Source of the DNA: Negaprion brevirostris
Lineage: Eukaryota
Reading direction: 5' to 3'
DNA: 64,000 nucleotides
Assembly (NCBI GenBank): GCA_030324005.1
Contig: JARDVH010000137.1
Location: 19,284,917-19,348,916, forward strand
This document shows positions 1 to 13,809 of the stretch, piece after piece. The position numbers were made by a program, and so were the translations under genes. Every line of letters begins with the position of its first letter. Position 1 is the stretch's first letter. The notes beneath the pieces are model-generated. The model made no database searches and was not told where the DNA came from. It saw nothing but the letters and a program-made list of their open reading frames with translations.

Positions 1-92
1 ACTTCAGATCAGCCATGACCTTATTGAATGGCGGGGCAGGCTCGAAGGGCTAGATGGCCTACTCGTGCTCCTATTTCTTATGTTCTTATGTT
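1..92 (+). mobile_element. CR1-type LINE 3' end
   Basis: gatcagccatgaccttattgaatggcggggcaggctcgaaggg...tatgttcttatg tail; also seen at ~8245, ~8940, ~23985, ~31060. Confidence 0.75.
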
Positions 93-559
93 TGCCAGTG
101 TAGAACGTGGGAGAATTTAAGGTGTCAACTTTATAAAATTGAGGCAAAATGAAAAATAATGACAAAAGGAGTTATTATATAAAGAAAAATCTGATATTAG
201 CTTATTTAGTAAATCTTCTACGTCAATATATAGAAAGAAGCGGACAAGTACGTAAAATAAAACAAGGAAAGGAATTAATTTAATGAAAAGAAATCCACAA
301 AGGCAAGCAGCAGTATATGCTCCAAAACTAAAATCTAAAAATTCCTCATTGAATGTTTACATCATGATCAATTCAGGGAAAAACACTTATTTAATGTTGC
401 ACTTTCTTTACCTTGGTCTTCACAAGCATTCTTTTTTAAAGCATGATAAAAATAAAATATGTTATGATCTTTTAAAGGTTAAAATATTTTATGCATTGTG
501 TGTTGTTTCAAGTTATCTTTGTTTTTAAAGTAATCTTAGTAATTAATCAAAAAAGAAAT

Positions 560-2340
560 GGAGTACAGAAAATGCAGTGGTGAAAAAGGAATAAGCCAAG
601 CAAAGAATATGTGTGAGAAAAGATTAGCAGGTAACATAAAGGATAACACTAACTTATTTTATAAATGCATCAAAGAATAGAAGAATACTTAAAGTAAGGA
701 TGAAGCTGATTAGAGGGCCAAAAGAATATTTATTTTAGAAGCAGATGGCATAGCTGAGAAATTGACCCATCTATCTTCTCAAATGAAGATGAGGCTGCCA
801 ATGGTACAGTAAAGGAGCAAACAAGAGAGCAATTAGATAAGCTAAAAATATATAAAGCAGAGCTTCTTGAAAGCGTGGCAACAATTAAAGTATGAAAGTC
901 TTTAAATGGGATGTATGGGACGTATTTTGAGAGGCTCTGGCCATACTTTTTCAATCAATTCATGCCAGAGGATTGAAGAGTTGCAAATCCTATACGAGAG
1001 AGGAATAAATGTGGTAACTACAGATTAGTCATCCTCTCAGTGGTGACAAAACTTCTAGACACCAAAATCCAAGATAAAGTTAATTCCAATTGAAAAAAAT
1101 TGGTTAACAACAGCCAATATGGATTTGTTCAAGACAAATTATGTTTGACTAACTTTATTGAGTTCTTTGATGAGGCAAAGGAGTGGGTAATGCAGTAGAT
1201 ATTGTATTTCTGGTCTTTCACAAGACTTTTTATGAAGTAGCACACAATAGACTTGTGTATAGAAGAAAATTGAAACCTATGGGGTTAAAGGGGCATTGGC
1301 AGTGTTGATTCAAATTTGGGTAAGAGATGGAAAGCAAAGAGCAATGGTGAACTTTCAGAATGGAGGGAAGTTAAAAAAAAGATCTCTCCCAAGCTGGAAT
1401 TAGGGCCATTTTCTTTGTGATGTTTACTAATGGCCTGGACTTATACAGATGCACAATTTCAGAATTTACAGATTATATGAAAATTTGAATGATGTTAAAC
1501 AGTGAAAAGGATAGTAGGAATCGACAGCAGGGCCTATATTCTTGAAACGTGTAGGTAGATTAGGTTTATTGCAGAGAACTGTGAATTGATACATTTTGAA
1601 AGGCAGAATGAGTTGGGCCAAAATGCAAGTAAAATTGCATAATTTTAAAGGGATCCAATAACAAAAAGATTTTGGGGCTCTCAAACAGAGAATCTTGAAG
1701 ATGTTACACCAGTCGATAAATCTGTTAAACAAGATATAAGGATTCTTGACTTCTTGAGTAGAAGCATAGTACACAAAAACAAGGAAATTATTCTAAGTAT
1801 TTATAAATCATTGGTTAGGCCTTAACTAGATTAGTGTGTTTAATTCTGAGCACCACACTATAGGACTGAACTCAAGGAAAGAGGCTGCAGAGCGTAACTG
1901 GGTAAGAGAAGCCTCAGATATGTGGTGATCCTTTAGAAATGTGGATTGTCCTAGTTGGAGGATTAAGGTGAAAATAGAGGGAGGTTTTCAACATTACAAG
2001 CACTTTGAAAGGGCAAATAAGGAGAAGCAGTTTCTACTGTAGGAGAGACAGTAAGCAAAGGTTATGGATTTTAGGTCATTGGCAAACCAGCCAGAAGGCA
2101 GCTGAAGTTTCTTGGAAGCACTAATCATCATCCACAATTTACTGACTAAAAGGCTTGTAGAAGCAACTGCAACGGTGACATAAAAAACCAGAATTGTATG
2201 TGAAAAAAGAATTCAGCAGTGGCACTAACCAGAAAAAGGAATGACCAGAGATGTGATAGGGCCAAATAATGTCCATTTGAGCTGGAGGATTCTGTGACTT
2301 ATTATCCAAAACTTATGGGAATTTAAATGGGAATCATAGC
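560..2340 (+). mobile_element. Highly decayed CR1 LINE ORF2 (reverse transcriptase) relic
   Basis: Eroded CR1 motifs: QYGFV..KLCLTNFIEFFDE (~1115-1175), YKSLVRP (~1802), 3' region ~1980-2200; many stops. Confidence 0.7.
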
Positions 2341-4971
2341 TTATTTTGATAATTACTTGCTTCCTTGTTAATAGTGAGATTCCTGATTCAGGAGCTAACA
2401 GGTAACCTATTTTCAAATCTCTCACAATGCGCCTCTGCATTGCAACAAAGGAAGTGCATAAAAGATGTGTATGAGATTTCTTTCTCTTATAGGGATGTAC
2501 CTTCACTCGCTGCTCCTGTTCTTCTCCCCAGTGCTTTGGGTCTGCCATCAGTTCATCCCCCATTTGCTCCTTACAGCTGACCAAGAGAAGAGACATTGCT
2601 ACATTTTTTTGTGGCCTGGTCTGGAGCTCAAATCATTGGAAAGAAAAATGTCCTGATGCGGCTTAGCACTCACATCACAAAGAGTAGCTTAAAAAAAACA
2701 AGCCAGTGCTTTTTTTTATTGGGTAGTCCCTATTTCTTGAACTCGTCCTACAAAACGAGTAATGCTTTCTTGCGACCAGACAATGAAGAAAGGAAATATT
2801 AGACACAAATGGTATCTGATAAAATACAGTTTACTCTTGAGAGTTGCTTGATTTAAATGTTCTTCTTCCAAGCAATAATCCTGATTTTGAAACCAGACTA
2901 CAGTGGTCAAAATAAACACTATTATAGACAATTGTCTTAGTAAACACACTGAATATGCAAAATGCATTTCAAACATACCATAACAAGGAATAAGAGAAAC
3001 CTATCCATAATGACTCCCATTGCACAAATGGAGATGTCGTCTATATTTTTTTGTCTGAATCATGTATTTCTATTGGAACTAGTGTCAATTTTTGATGACG
3101 AAGAGAGAGCCTATAACATATAGACACTGATGTACCTAAATTCTGAAGGAGTTTAGTTTGGTGTCATAGTTATATGGCTATGACTTCTTATCATAATCAT
3201 CAACAAATGGTTTGGTTTAATTGTATTGATTTTCTTGGTGTCCTGGTTGGAGAGATGGGTTTAAGTGCTGGGTGGGTGGTAGGGGGAGGAGGTAGGGGGA
3301 AACAGGGGTCAACCATGGGCAGTTTTGGAGTGTTTTTAATGGAGGTTAGTGTTGATTTGTTTCACAGAGCATAAAATGCAGAAATTAATGAGACAATGAA
3401 AGGATAAAATGAAGGTTCCTACAACATTCTGAGATACTCATTAACAGAAACCTGTTCAGGGTGCTGATGCTTTCAGCGGTAACAGATGTTTTTAGCAGGA
3501 TCATTTGAATTGACATCTATATCATGATTAAATTTCACTATTTTATGACTCCCTGGAGCCATTTAAACCGTTTGCATTGTTGTTTAGCTGGTTCAAAGTA
3601 AACCCAACACTGCAATATCCTTCTTTGATGTAATGCCCAAGCTAATTTGTATTCTATTCCAAGAAGAATAATAAAGAATGGTCTCCTGAAAATCGGATTA
3701 TTAAATCTACATGCATCATCTATTTTACACCCCAAATCCTTCTTATGCTCTGAATCCATTATCTAATTCCCTTAGGAATAAGACTCTGCGTTTTACAATC
3801 AATAGTCAGACCCCAATACACTCCATTAGGAATCAAGTTGTTTTAGCTTGTCCAGTTGTACAGCAGAAAGGAGAATTGAATCATTGAATCTTACCTGTGA
3901 TGGTCAAATATTTTGTGACAGAACAGCTGTAAATATCCCTTGAAAAGGAAATGTTTGGTAAATTGCATGCTTTGAGTGTGCGCGTGACTGGTTTAATCAA
4001 AAATTAATTGCAGATGATATGTCACTTACCATAATTTAACCACCCTCCGATGTTTCATGTACTTTAAAAAAAAACTGTCTCGATATATGCATTAGTTGAC
4101 TTGTTACACTAATTCTAGGTAAATAAGCTACATAATCGTGTTTTTGTTTAGTCGTGTAACGTAGCTAACAGGCTCCTGCCTGGTGTTTTGAATCTGATAT
4201 TGGTGATAGGTGAGTGTTAAAAAGGGACAAATGTGTCAGTAAAAGCATAGCGCAAAATCTCAGTCAAATAGCTCTGAAATGCCGGGACAGCACAGAGTGC
4301 TGATTGCGACCTCGTTTCAGACTCTGTATTCAAACAACCGTTGTAAATATCGGTTAACTTCAAACGGAGACACTCAAAAATAACGTAAACAAACGTTACA
4401 ATCAATCCTAGGTGAAGCTTTGACCTAACATTCTGGAAACCATTTGAAAACAACGTGCATTTAAGGTAGACTGTCCCTGCTCTGATGGAATCAGCAGCCC
4501 ATGGGAAATAGCTGCAGGGGGCTGTTACGTGGCAGCATTGTGGCACACTCTGACTCCATCAACCGAACGACAAGCATGTCCAAGTACATTATCATTGTGT
4601 AAGCTTACATAACCGAACACCTCAATATACCGGACAGTCACATATCACAACAAGAATGGCTCACTTTGCTTCTCACCAGCTCCTGGCATGCTGCTCTGTT
4701 TGTTTAGATGCAGTGCGGAAAGGTGAATTGTCTTGGGATAAAATGAATCAGATTCGGAAATTATCTTTCTCTAATCTGCAGAAACATCCTGTCAAATACA
4801 ATTCAGTAAACAGAGTTAGTTCAGCTGGAGATTAGTTGTCGCTAGAGGTAACAATGGTGTGGATTTTTTATTCAATTGTGATTATGTGAAAGTTCACCCA
4901 CGTCAAAGGTGTCACATGAAAGAGGCTTGTTGTTGAAGTTTATGTATAAATATACATATATATACATCCTG

Positions 4972-5133
4972 TGGGTGCCCCAGTTTCTTTCCACAGTCTG
5001 AAAGACGTTAGGTGCATTGACCGTGCTAAATTCTCCCTCAGTGCATCCGAACAGGCGCCTGAGTGTGGCGACTAGGGGAGTTTCACAGCAACTTCATTGC
5101 AGTGTTAATGTAAGCCTACTCGTGACAAATAAA
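4972..5133 (+). mobile_element. 5'-truncated V-SINE variant
   Basis: ccacagtctgaaagacgttaggtgcattgaccgtgctaaattctccctcag...gtgacaaataaa. Confidence 0.75.
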
Positions 5134-5154
5134 TCAAGTTAACACGAACAAGGA

Positions 5155-5295
5155 GCACAGCTTTGAAGAAGTGTCATATTGGACTGCAAACGTTGACTCT
5201 ATCCTCTCTCCACAGATGCTGTCAGACCTGCTGAGATTTTCCAGCATTTTCTGTTTTTACTTCAGATTTCAAGCATCCTCGGTATTTTGCTTTTA
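5155..5295 (+). mobile_element. Penelope-like family B terminal fragment
   Basis: Degenerate hammerhead-like head (ttgaagaagtgtc...gactgcaaacgtt) followed by ctctccacagatgctgtcagacctgctgagattttccagcattttctg; shared with 6611, 22511, 24480, 48421, 55300. Confidence 0.6.
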
Positions 5296-6607
5296 ACTGA
5301 GGGAGGTAAATTCCCATTCCAAGAACGGGGGCACAAAGCTAAAACCGACAAACTGAATGAAGAACGCCAACCGATGTGATGTTTGTGGAGATTTCAAGTC
5401 TGTAAAGGTGCAACTGTTATCCCAGAAACTGATAGAGGCGCTACAGTTAATGGAGTTCTCGGAATATCACCAGATAGCTTGGCCCTGAATCACTGGTGCC
5501 CTTATTTATCTGCAGCGAAGTACTCTGTGCTGATGTTTCTGCTGGGGAGGGCCCTGAGGAGACATTGCTGAACGCGTGGTGCTTATTACTAAAATAGACT
5601 CCAAACAACGGGGTGTTTGTGATACACGCAGCAAGTTGACAGTAAGCTGAACGGTTTCTATACAGAACTGAACCCATGGGTAGAACTCGGCGGAATTTTT
5701 CTCACTGCCTCATTATTACTGAGCAGTTGCCCACATAACTGCAGAGCCAACCGTCTCAACCAACTGGGGGGATTTTCCAGACGCTTGTTTCTGAATAATA
5801 CCCCCCTCCCCACACACACTCATCTCTTTGCACCGCCTCTCCACCACCTCCATCGCAATTTTTCCCCAGAAAGCAGATGCGGGCAGCCCACAAGGATACA
5901 TGATTATGAGGAATTCCCGCAGTAGTTAACACACTCCCAACGACCGCAACATCTGTTCACTGCACAGAGTCGTGGCTTTTTTTGAGGGAAATTTATACGA
6001 ACTCTAAGTCGCAGGATACTTCATGCCAGTTTATGACTTGTTAACGGCTTTGACCGGCTCACATTTAGTTGCCCAGTCGAAATACACGGAGAAGCCGAGC
6101 AAACTCATTCCGGGTTTCCCGGAGGGAGTGCGTTCAAAATCACCTAACTAAAGCTGACAAATTGAGACACCCGGGTTCTCTGAGAGAATAAGCACTAAAA
6201 TGATAGTGTATGCCTGCCGTTCATTTATAAAACAGCGGAGATTGTGCTGGAAAATATCAAATTCACCAGAGAACTGTGTGTGTGTTTATGCGCGTCTGTG
6301 AAGAGAGCAGGAGGTCCCCACAGGGAAAGTTTGCAGTCAAGATGAAGCCAGAATGCGCTGTAGGTGCCATAGGACTGAATTATTACAGGAAGGGGATTGG
6401 ACTGAAAAAAAACTCTTGTGGTTGTTGTGTAACTTTTTTGGTCAAACGTTGAGAATGTCGTTAAACCACCGAAAGAGAGCCTGACGCTGGCATTCGATTT
6501 TAAAATGTACTTTTCCAAAAGGAAGTTGAATCAAAATAATATTTCTGAATGATTACACACACACACACACATACGGTGTGTGATAAGCTAACATCAATCA
6601 TACATTA

Positions 6608-6682
6608 ATAAAAGCAAATTACTGTGGATGCTGGAATCTGAAACCAAAAGAGAAAATGCTGGAAAATCTCAGCAGGTCTGGC
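6608..6682 (-). mobile_element. Penelope-like family B terminus running into a gap
   Basis: Reverse complement of the 5220-5295 segment. Confidence 0.6.
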
Positions 6683-8244
6683 NNNNNNNNNNNNNNNNNN
6701 NNNNNNNNNNNNNNNNNNNNNNNNNNNNNNNNNNNNNNNNNNNNNNNNNNNNNNNNNNNNNNNNNNNNNNNNNNNNNNNNNNNNNNNNNNNNNNNNNNNN
6801 NNNNNNNNNNNNNNNNNNNNNNNNNNNNNNNNNNNNNNNNNNNNNNNNNNNNNNNNNNNNNNNNNNNNNNNNNNNNNNNNNNNNNNNNNNNNNNNNNNNN
6901 NNNNNNNNNNNNNNNNNNNNNNNNNNNNNNNNNNNNNNNNNNNNNNNNNNNNNNNNNNNNNNNNNNNNNNNNNNNNNNNNNNNNNNNNNNNNNNNNNNNN
7001 NNNNNNNNNNNNNNNNNNNNNNNNNNNNNNNNNNNNNNNNNNNNNNNNNNNNNNNNNNNNNNNNNNNNNNNNNNNNNNNNNNNNNNNNNNNNNNNNNNNN
7101 NNNNNNNNNNNNNNNNNNNNNNNNNNNNNNNNNNNNNNNNNNNNNNNNNNNNNNNNNNNNNNNNNNNNNNNNNNNNNNNNNNNNNNNNNNNNNNNNNNNN
7201 NNNNNNNNNNNNNNNNNNNNNNNNNNNNNNNNNNNNNNNNNNNNNNNNNNNNNNNNNNNNNNNNNNNNNNNNNNNNNNNNNNNNNNNNNNNNNNNNNNNN
7301 NNNNNNNNNNNNNNNNNNNNNNNNNNNNNNNNNNNNNNNNNNNNNNNNNNNAGTGCAACGTTTCTTCTTTAATGAGTGCAATTACTGTGTGCAATAAGAC
7401 TCAATAACCCCTCTCAACCTCCCAAACCGAGTGACATTTCCAATATCCATTACACAAACACCTATTTTAAGCTAGCAAACAAAGATCATTTGATATTATT
7501 TCACGTTGGTTAGTGGTTCCGGAATGATGTATTACTGGGTGAAGGGTTTGAATCAAAATGTAAATAAAGCTATGGTGCAGATCATCAATGATCTAATTAT
7601 ATGGCAGGGCAGGTTCGACGGACTGGAAAAAAAACACTCTTGTGCTTATGACCTTATTTCTTCAAAACTGTAAACATTCATGTTCAAACTGGCAATGAAG
7701 ATGAAACATCGTTTTAACGTGGGGCATGTTGGGCGTGAGGTCAGGGGGAAAATTGCTGGGTTAAATGTATTGCAATGTAAAGTCACTCTGGAACCAAAGC
7801 CATGAATTGATTGTAAATCAGCTGCACCCACTGCCTTAAGTTTTTCTACACTGATGATCTACTCCTGCTCCTATGCTGCCGCTCTTGGGCCCATGTAAGT
7901 TCAATATGAAGATTGGTCTCGAAATGCCCGAGGTGCCAACTCACTGCTGATAAAAAAACATTGCATTTTGTATGAAGATTTTGCAGATCCTTAGTTTCAA
8001 TATGCGTTGTTCAATTTCCTCCTGATCCCACTAATGCAATGTAAACAATCATCCATGACTATGCTAAGGGACAATACACTGAGTTGGAACATTGACTTTT
8101 CATATTACCAACTGGATTTGAAGCTGATGTCAATGAATGGAGTGGCATCTCTCTGCCAAATGCAAGAGTCTTGAGTAACATTGTACTAGACAGTCCAATT
8201 CAGTGCCGAATGGGCAAGTAACTGACAATACCATTTAACTACTT

Positions 8245-8620
8245 AAGAACACAAGAACATAGAACTAGGAGCAGGAGTAGGCCATCTGGCCCCTCGGGAC
8301 TGACCCACTATTCAGTAAGATCCTGGCTGATCTTTTCATGGACTCATCTCCATTTACCCACTCGCTCACTATAACCCTTAATTCCTTTGCTGTTCAAAAT
8401 TTTATCTATCTTTGCCTTAAAAACATTCAATGAAGTAGCCTCAACTGCTTCACTGGACAGGGAATTCCACAGATTCACAACCTTTTGGGTGAAGAAGTTC
8501 CTCCTCAACTCAGTCCTAAATCTGCTTCCCCTTAGTTTGAGGCTGTGCCCTCTAGTTCTAGTTTCACCTGCCAGTGGAAACAATTTCCCTGCTTTTATCC
8601 TATCTATTCCCTACAAATTG
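8245..8620 (-). mobile_element. CR1 LINE 3' fragment
   Basis: ORF 8344..8583 FPLAGETRTRGHSLKLRGSRFRTELRRNFFTQKVVNLWNSL, the CR1 ORF2 C-terminus, plus tail repeat. Confidence 0.85.
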
Positions 8621-8899
8621 TATTGACAATCTAGATGACAGAAATTGTAGATATAGTTTTAGATGAGGATTGTTGATCAAAGCTCATGATTGGTTTCAAA
8701 TTAGGAATGTGTGCGGTTTACATCCACGGTGAGGGTAAAGGAACAATGCAAAAGGAACTCTACTAGGTAAATAGTTGACAGTACACCTAACGTTACATTT
8801 TCATGTTTGTTTATTCATCTGTAACGTCAAGTTTCTAATTAAATATTTCCATTGCTGTGAAGAAAATGGAGCTAACATAGAGTTAGTGGTGAAAAGTTG

Positions 8900-9440
8900 T
8901 CAGGGGTAGGCAAGAATGTGGAGTTGAGATTAAAATTAGATCAGCCATGATCTTATTGAATGACGGAGCAGGCTCAAGGGGCCGAATGGCCTGCTCCTGC
9001 TCCGAATCCGTATGTTCGTTGTCCTTCAAAGGACTATAGTCACAGTCCCTGTGAGTTTCTATCACCTTAAACAAAACTGTTGTACAAGTTCTCCATGTAT
9101 GAATGGAATGTAATACAATGCTGATGATGGGAGCCCGAATCTCCCTTATGTCCAGCATGCAGTCTAAAGCATTCCCATTTCGATCCAGCTGTAGATTTAT
9201 ATTTATATGAACTTGGGTCATGCAAGTGGTCAGAGACAGACGAATAACTATCAAACTATGACTATAAAGGGTGGTAGAGGCAAGAACCCTCGCAACATTC
9301 AAGTATTTAAATGAGCATTTGAAGCGCCACAGCACAGAAGGCTAAGGACAAAGTGCTGGAAAACGGAATTAGAACAGATGGTGGCCCACGCGGGCACGAT
9401 GGGCCGAATTGCCTCCTTTTCCTGCTGTAAAACTCCATGG
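8900..9440 (+). mobile_element. Two short CR1 3'-end fragments (~8900-9020, ~9262-9440)
   Basis: gatcagccatgatcttattgaatgacggagcaggctc and gggcacgatgggccgaattgcctcc tails. Confidence 0.6.
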
Positions 9441-11584
9441 CTCTCGTAACATGGTGAACCACAAGTATTAAACAATCACAAAGATAAACTTACTCAAACT
9501 TTAGCTGCATGCTTTATTCCATTAACCTCTGATCTGAGTTAATCTGGCCTTTGTTATGCTATGTTTTCATAAGAAAACAAAACTTTAGTAAACCGAATTC
9601 TAGTTTTGATGAATCATATCGCTGCATCCTATCTATGCATCTTCACTGCAGGACTATAAGGACCAGCCCGTCCTGAACCACGGATTCTACAGAGATGCCA
9701 TCAGCACAGTGAACTGTTTCAGAAACAAAACTGACAACATAATCTGGGGTCACAAAGAGGCATCTGCGCTCTGCAAGGGTTGATAGCGAATTCTCTATAT
9801 TTGTTACTTAGTGACAAAACTTTTTTTTTAAAACGACCACAGCATAATTGGCGTGCTAATGGATAGGGACTTGAAACGTAGAAAAAAAAACCATTCAACC
9901 AAATGTTTAATCTTGAACTTCTTTACCCTTTCCATAAGCGAACATCCTATAAGAAATAAGTAACTTTTCAACCGTAAAGGATCTCAAAATATGCCGATTA
10001 TGCCATACACGAGGCTCCAAAGAGGATCAGCGCCCAGACGTGTAACCTAAACGCTTCATCTGTTCCACACGTGTTAGCAATCCAACAGCCAAGCTGATCT
10101 AAAAACTCTATCTCCTCACAAGCAGCATGGATGGATAGAGATTAATATTGATGGTTTCAATGTTAGTGTAATGAGTTTAGTAACTTAGCCAGGAGCTTTA
10201 GCTGCTGCTTAGGAATGGTTTCCTACATTTCACTGTTGAAAACGGAGTCAGGTAATTTGTCAGCTCCCTACATACTTCCTAACAGATAGTCTTACGCTCT
10301 CCTATTTATAGGAAATTGGGGGATGGGTATTTCAGCATCAGGAACGACTAATCAGCCTGTTTTTAAACCCTGTTATTAACGGACCGCCCAGGGGGACTCA
10401 GACCTTTTCTGAAAATAACTACCATGTATCATGTTCAGAGTTTAATTTGTTTGTTGTTTTCGAAAGAATTTCTAAAAGGTGCACCCGACACACAAGCTCC
10501 ACAGCTTCAAAGGCCGCGCCAGTGTCTCTAATTCCAAACATCCTACCAGAATCTGACGCTTAAAGGTTGGAAAGACTCACAGAACTGCAACCACGGATTA
10601 AGCATAGGAAAGTTACCCAAGTGAATTCATTTGGAAGCGTCGCGATTCTTCGGGATTAAATGAGTTAAATTCAATCTAACCTACACATATATCACCCAGT
10701 GCATGTTTACTCAAGGTGTCTAGGAGGAAAAAAGAAGAAAGTCTAGATTTGATCACAATATTACATTCATACGCTATACTTACTGCCACGCCCAATAGCA
10801 ATAGCAACAAAACAATAAACGCAATGTACTTTAACTAAGGGAGGATGCACTGAACAAAGCAGTGAAAATGTCCGGAAATAGCACGTTACAACACACGCAG
10901 GGAGGTCAATGAATGGTAACACACAAGTGCGTTCAAGATTGTTATGTATTTGATTGTTACAAACGAATGTCCAAGTTGTTCCTGGAGAATCACCCTGAGA
11001 AACGCATTGCATCCCCACAGCGTTATTCAAACCACGTACATGCCGTCAAAATTAAATACCCGCTTTAAATGTACGAAAGGTGATGAATATCCACTTTCAG
11101 ATTAACGGGAACTATTCTGGACCGTAATAAATTCCTAGTCTAATAATAACTCATTCTCAGCTCTTAACAGTCAACAGCGTGCAATGTTGTTACTGATGGA
11201 CCAATCCTCCAAACTCTTGGAGAGCGAAACAAATTTGCGAATCAATATGTTGGGTAACCGTAACCGGACTGTTCTAAATTAACGGCAGGTGGCAACAATA
11301 CTTAAGACAAGAATGCTTGATAAGTGCATTCGGGTATGGACTGACTTAAACATACTGTCAAGTTTCTGACAACCTTTTGAAACCTTTGATTGTATGTTCT
11401 AGGGGGTTCAACCGATTGTTATTTTTTTCCAACGCCCTTTGTTACACTACTGATGTCTAGTGTGATAACTGAGTCACCCAAAGTTTAAACCCGGCAATCT
11501 TCTGCTCAGGTAACAGCTGCACTAACTGTATCATCGGCATCAGAGGCCTCTGCGGTTTCAAAGGCTTGTCTTCTTCGCTCACCC

Positions 11585-11603
11585 ATAGCGCCATCTATTA
11601 CCA
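11585..11603 (-). promoter_or_regulatory. Candidate CTCF site ~1.5 kb upstream of CBX8
   Basis: Minus strand TGGTAATAGATGGCGCTAT resembles the CTCF core (AGATGGCGCT); motif match only. Confidence 0.4.
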
Positions 11604-12729
11604 CGAATGAAAGTTTATACGAGAAGAACACTCATGTTCTAAGTAGGTAATGCAGATAAAGGTTCGTGGGGTATGGCTTGAGTCTTATCCAAGGGTGACA
11701 TCAATATATCAGATCAATTCCCATTTACTACGGTATTCCTGAAGCAGCAAAATAGAACATTGTTCAATATTGTGTGCCCACTCCTCAATTTAATCTGATC
11801 ACAGAGCCACCTTTCACACGTTACACTTCTTTATTCTCGAAGATCATTTTAAATATCTGTTCTTAAAATGTCCTGCGGTATATTTTAATTCGGATTCAGT
11901 TGCAAAATAAATGATTGGACAAGCGAAGTCAATAAATTGATAGACCATCGTTCATTCGAATGGTGATGATATCAATGAATAGCAATTGATGCAACGTTTA
12001 TACAACTTTATTTTCCATTTACAATTCATTTAGAAGCAATATTCGCTACCGACACATTAAGTAGCTGCTGTTGCAGGAATGTTGCTGATAACACCAAACG
12101 TGTAACTTTTGCAAACGCTGAGCAGAAGCTACGAGATATTAATGAAATGCAAGGCATCATATTTCACAGAAATAGATTTCTCATTGCAACAGCCTACTTT
12201 CCCCGGCTTTGTTTACTGTCAGATACGCTGATGTTGCAAATTGTCGTGGATGTGGTAATTAATTAGGCACGTTGTCGTTGTGAACGTTTTAACTTGACTG
12301 CACAATGAGGAGACTATCGATCGCATTGTAGGGGCGGGTTAGAAATATTAAGACAGCGTTAGAGTATAAAAACTATTATGTTTATCGTATCGTTTTACGG
12401 TACGCTGACATACCAACAGTGCCCTTTTCCAGTAATGTTTTATGGTACATCACACACCTGGACTGCACATAAGCAACTGGGTGGCTTGCTCAGTCAGTTT
12501 ATAGGCGTTTACAAATAAATATTGTTCTTTTACAAAGATGGCTATGTGAAGCAGCAAGAGCCAATATTATATGGAAAAACGAAATACAAAATATTCGACA
12601 ATAATAATATTATTCTGGATGCTGCAATAATGTAGAGGGTCAGCAAATTGTTCCCGAATTTTAACATTGGCATCGACACCACCGGCACCTTTAGCTGGCC
12701 AAAGGGCATCATTTGGTGATTGATTTCCA

Positions 12730-13148
12730 TTTACCAAGCGGCGCTGCCGGCTCAATGACAGCCCCAACAAAATGGATCCTGCTGGCTATTCACCTCCTTC
12801 ACATCCCACATCACTTCCTGAATGGCGAACCCCTCCCCCCGCGGGCGCTGCTCCACCAATCAGCTCCGGAGGCAACGTCAGCCTTACTCTACCCTCCTCC
12901 TTCCCAGCCAATCAGCCAAACCCAACCCCGCCTCCCCCCTAGCAACCCCTGCTGGTTACTAGGTGAAGGTGGGGGAGGGAGTTGTAGCACAAGTCGGAGC
13001 GGAGAGTGGTCAGGACGTCAGCGGGGGTGGGAGTATTATGGGCTGGCAGCGAGGCTCCAGCTGAAGGGAAGCTCCAGCGTTTCCAGTGCTGCGTTCGGGA
13101 AGGCAGCGAGAGAGAGAGAGAGAGAGGGAGGGAGAGAGAGGGAACATC
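12730..13148 (+). promoter_or_regulatory. CBX8 proximal promoter / 5' UTR (CpG-rich)
   Basis: Two CCAATCAG boxes (12856, 12908), GC box CCCCGCC (12926), ETS-like ACTTCCTG (12813), ACGTCA half-CRE sites (~12875, ~13015); immediately upstream of the ATG. Confidence 0.7.
13108..13142. repeat. (GA)n microsatellite just upstream of the CBX8 ATG
   Basis: Direct reading. Confidence 0.9.
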
Positions 13149-13217
13149 ATGGAGCTGTCGGCCGTGGGAGAGAGGGTTTTCGCGGCCGAATCTCTCCTCA
13201 AGCGACGCATCAGGAAA
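13149..13217 (+). CDS. CBX8: CBX8 coding exon 1 (chromodomain N-part)
   Basis: ATG in atcATGg context; [23 protein letters not shown]; donor GTATGT at 13218. Confidence 0.95.
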
Positions 13218-13778
13218 GTATGTGAGCCTACCCGCCCTCAGTCCGCAGACCAACTCTGCCATTTCCAACCCAGGCAGCTTTTAAACCATGTTTTAATGAC
13301 AGGTTTGTTGTGCTTTTTTCCCTCCTCCTCCCCCCAACCACCACCATCTCCTTCCTAGGGTCGAGTCGAATACCTGGTGAAATGGAAGGGCTGGTCTCCT
13401 AAGTAAGTATCAGCATTGCGGGGGCTTTACAACTCGCAAGAAGCGCGCATTGCATTGAGATGTCTGCTGATTTATCTCTTAAATCGNNNNNNNNNNCCCG
13501 TCTGATTTCAGCCTTTGACGAAAGGTGAAGGCCTTTGAGTGACATTAAGATAAAACAAAATCTCTATAACTGGTTCTGCAATTATTTCAGAGATTTCTTC
13601 AAACGCTTGTTAAAGCCACAATATCCACGTCTTCTTGTTGTCTTCCAGGGAACGAGAAAGGGAAATGTACGGGCCAAAAAAACGTGGACCTAAACCTAAA
13701 ACGTTTTTACTGAAGGTAAATGCTTTAAAATCAGATTGAGTGTAACTCATCTGAATACACATTTCCCTTCCCTTTAAT

Positions 13779-13809
<31 letters not shown>

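Noticed and set aside
6605-7407. Long ORFs made of X residues (also 48749-49174 and others)
   Set aside because: Artefacts of N gaps
12713-13268. 170-aa and 109-aa ORFs over the CBX8 promoter
   Set aside because: GC-rich shadow ORFs with no recognisable domain; they overlap the true exon in other frames
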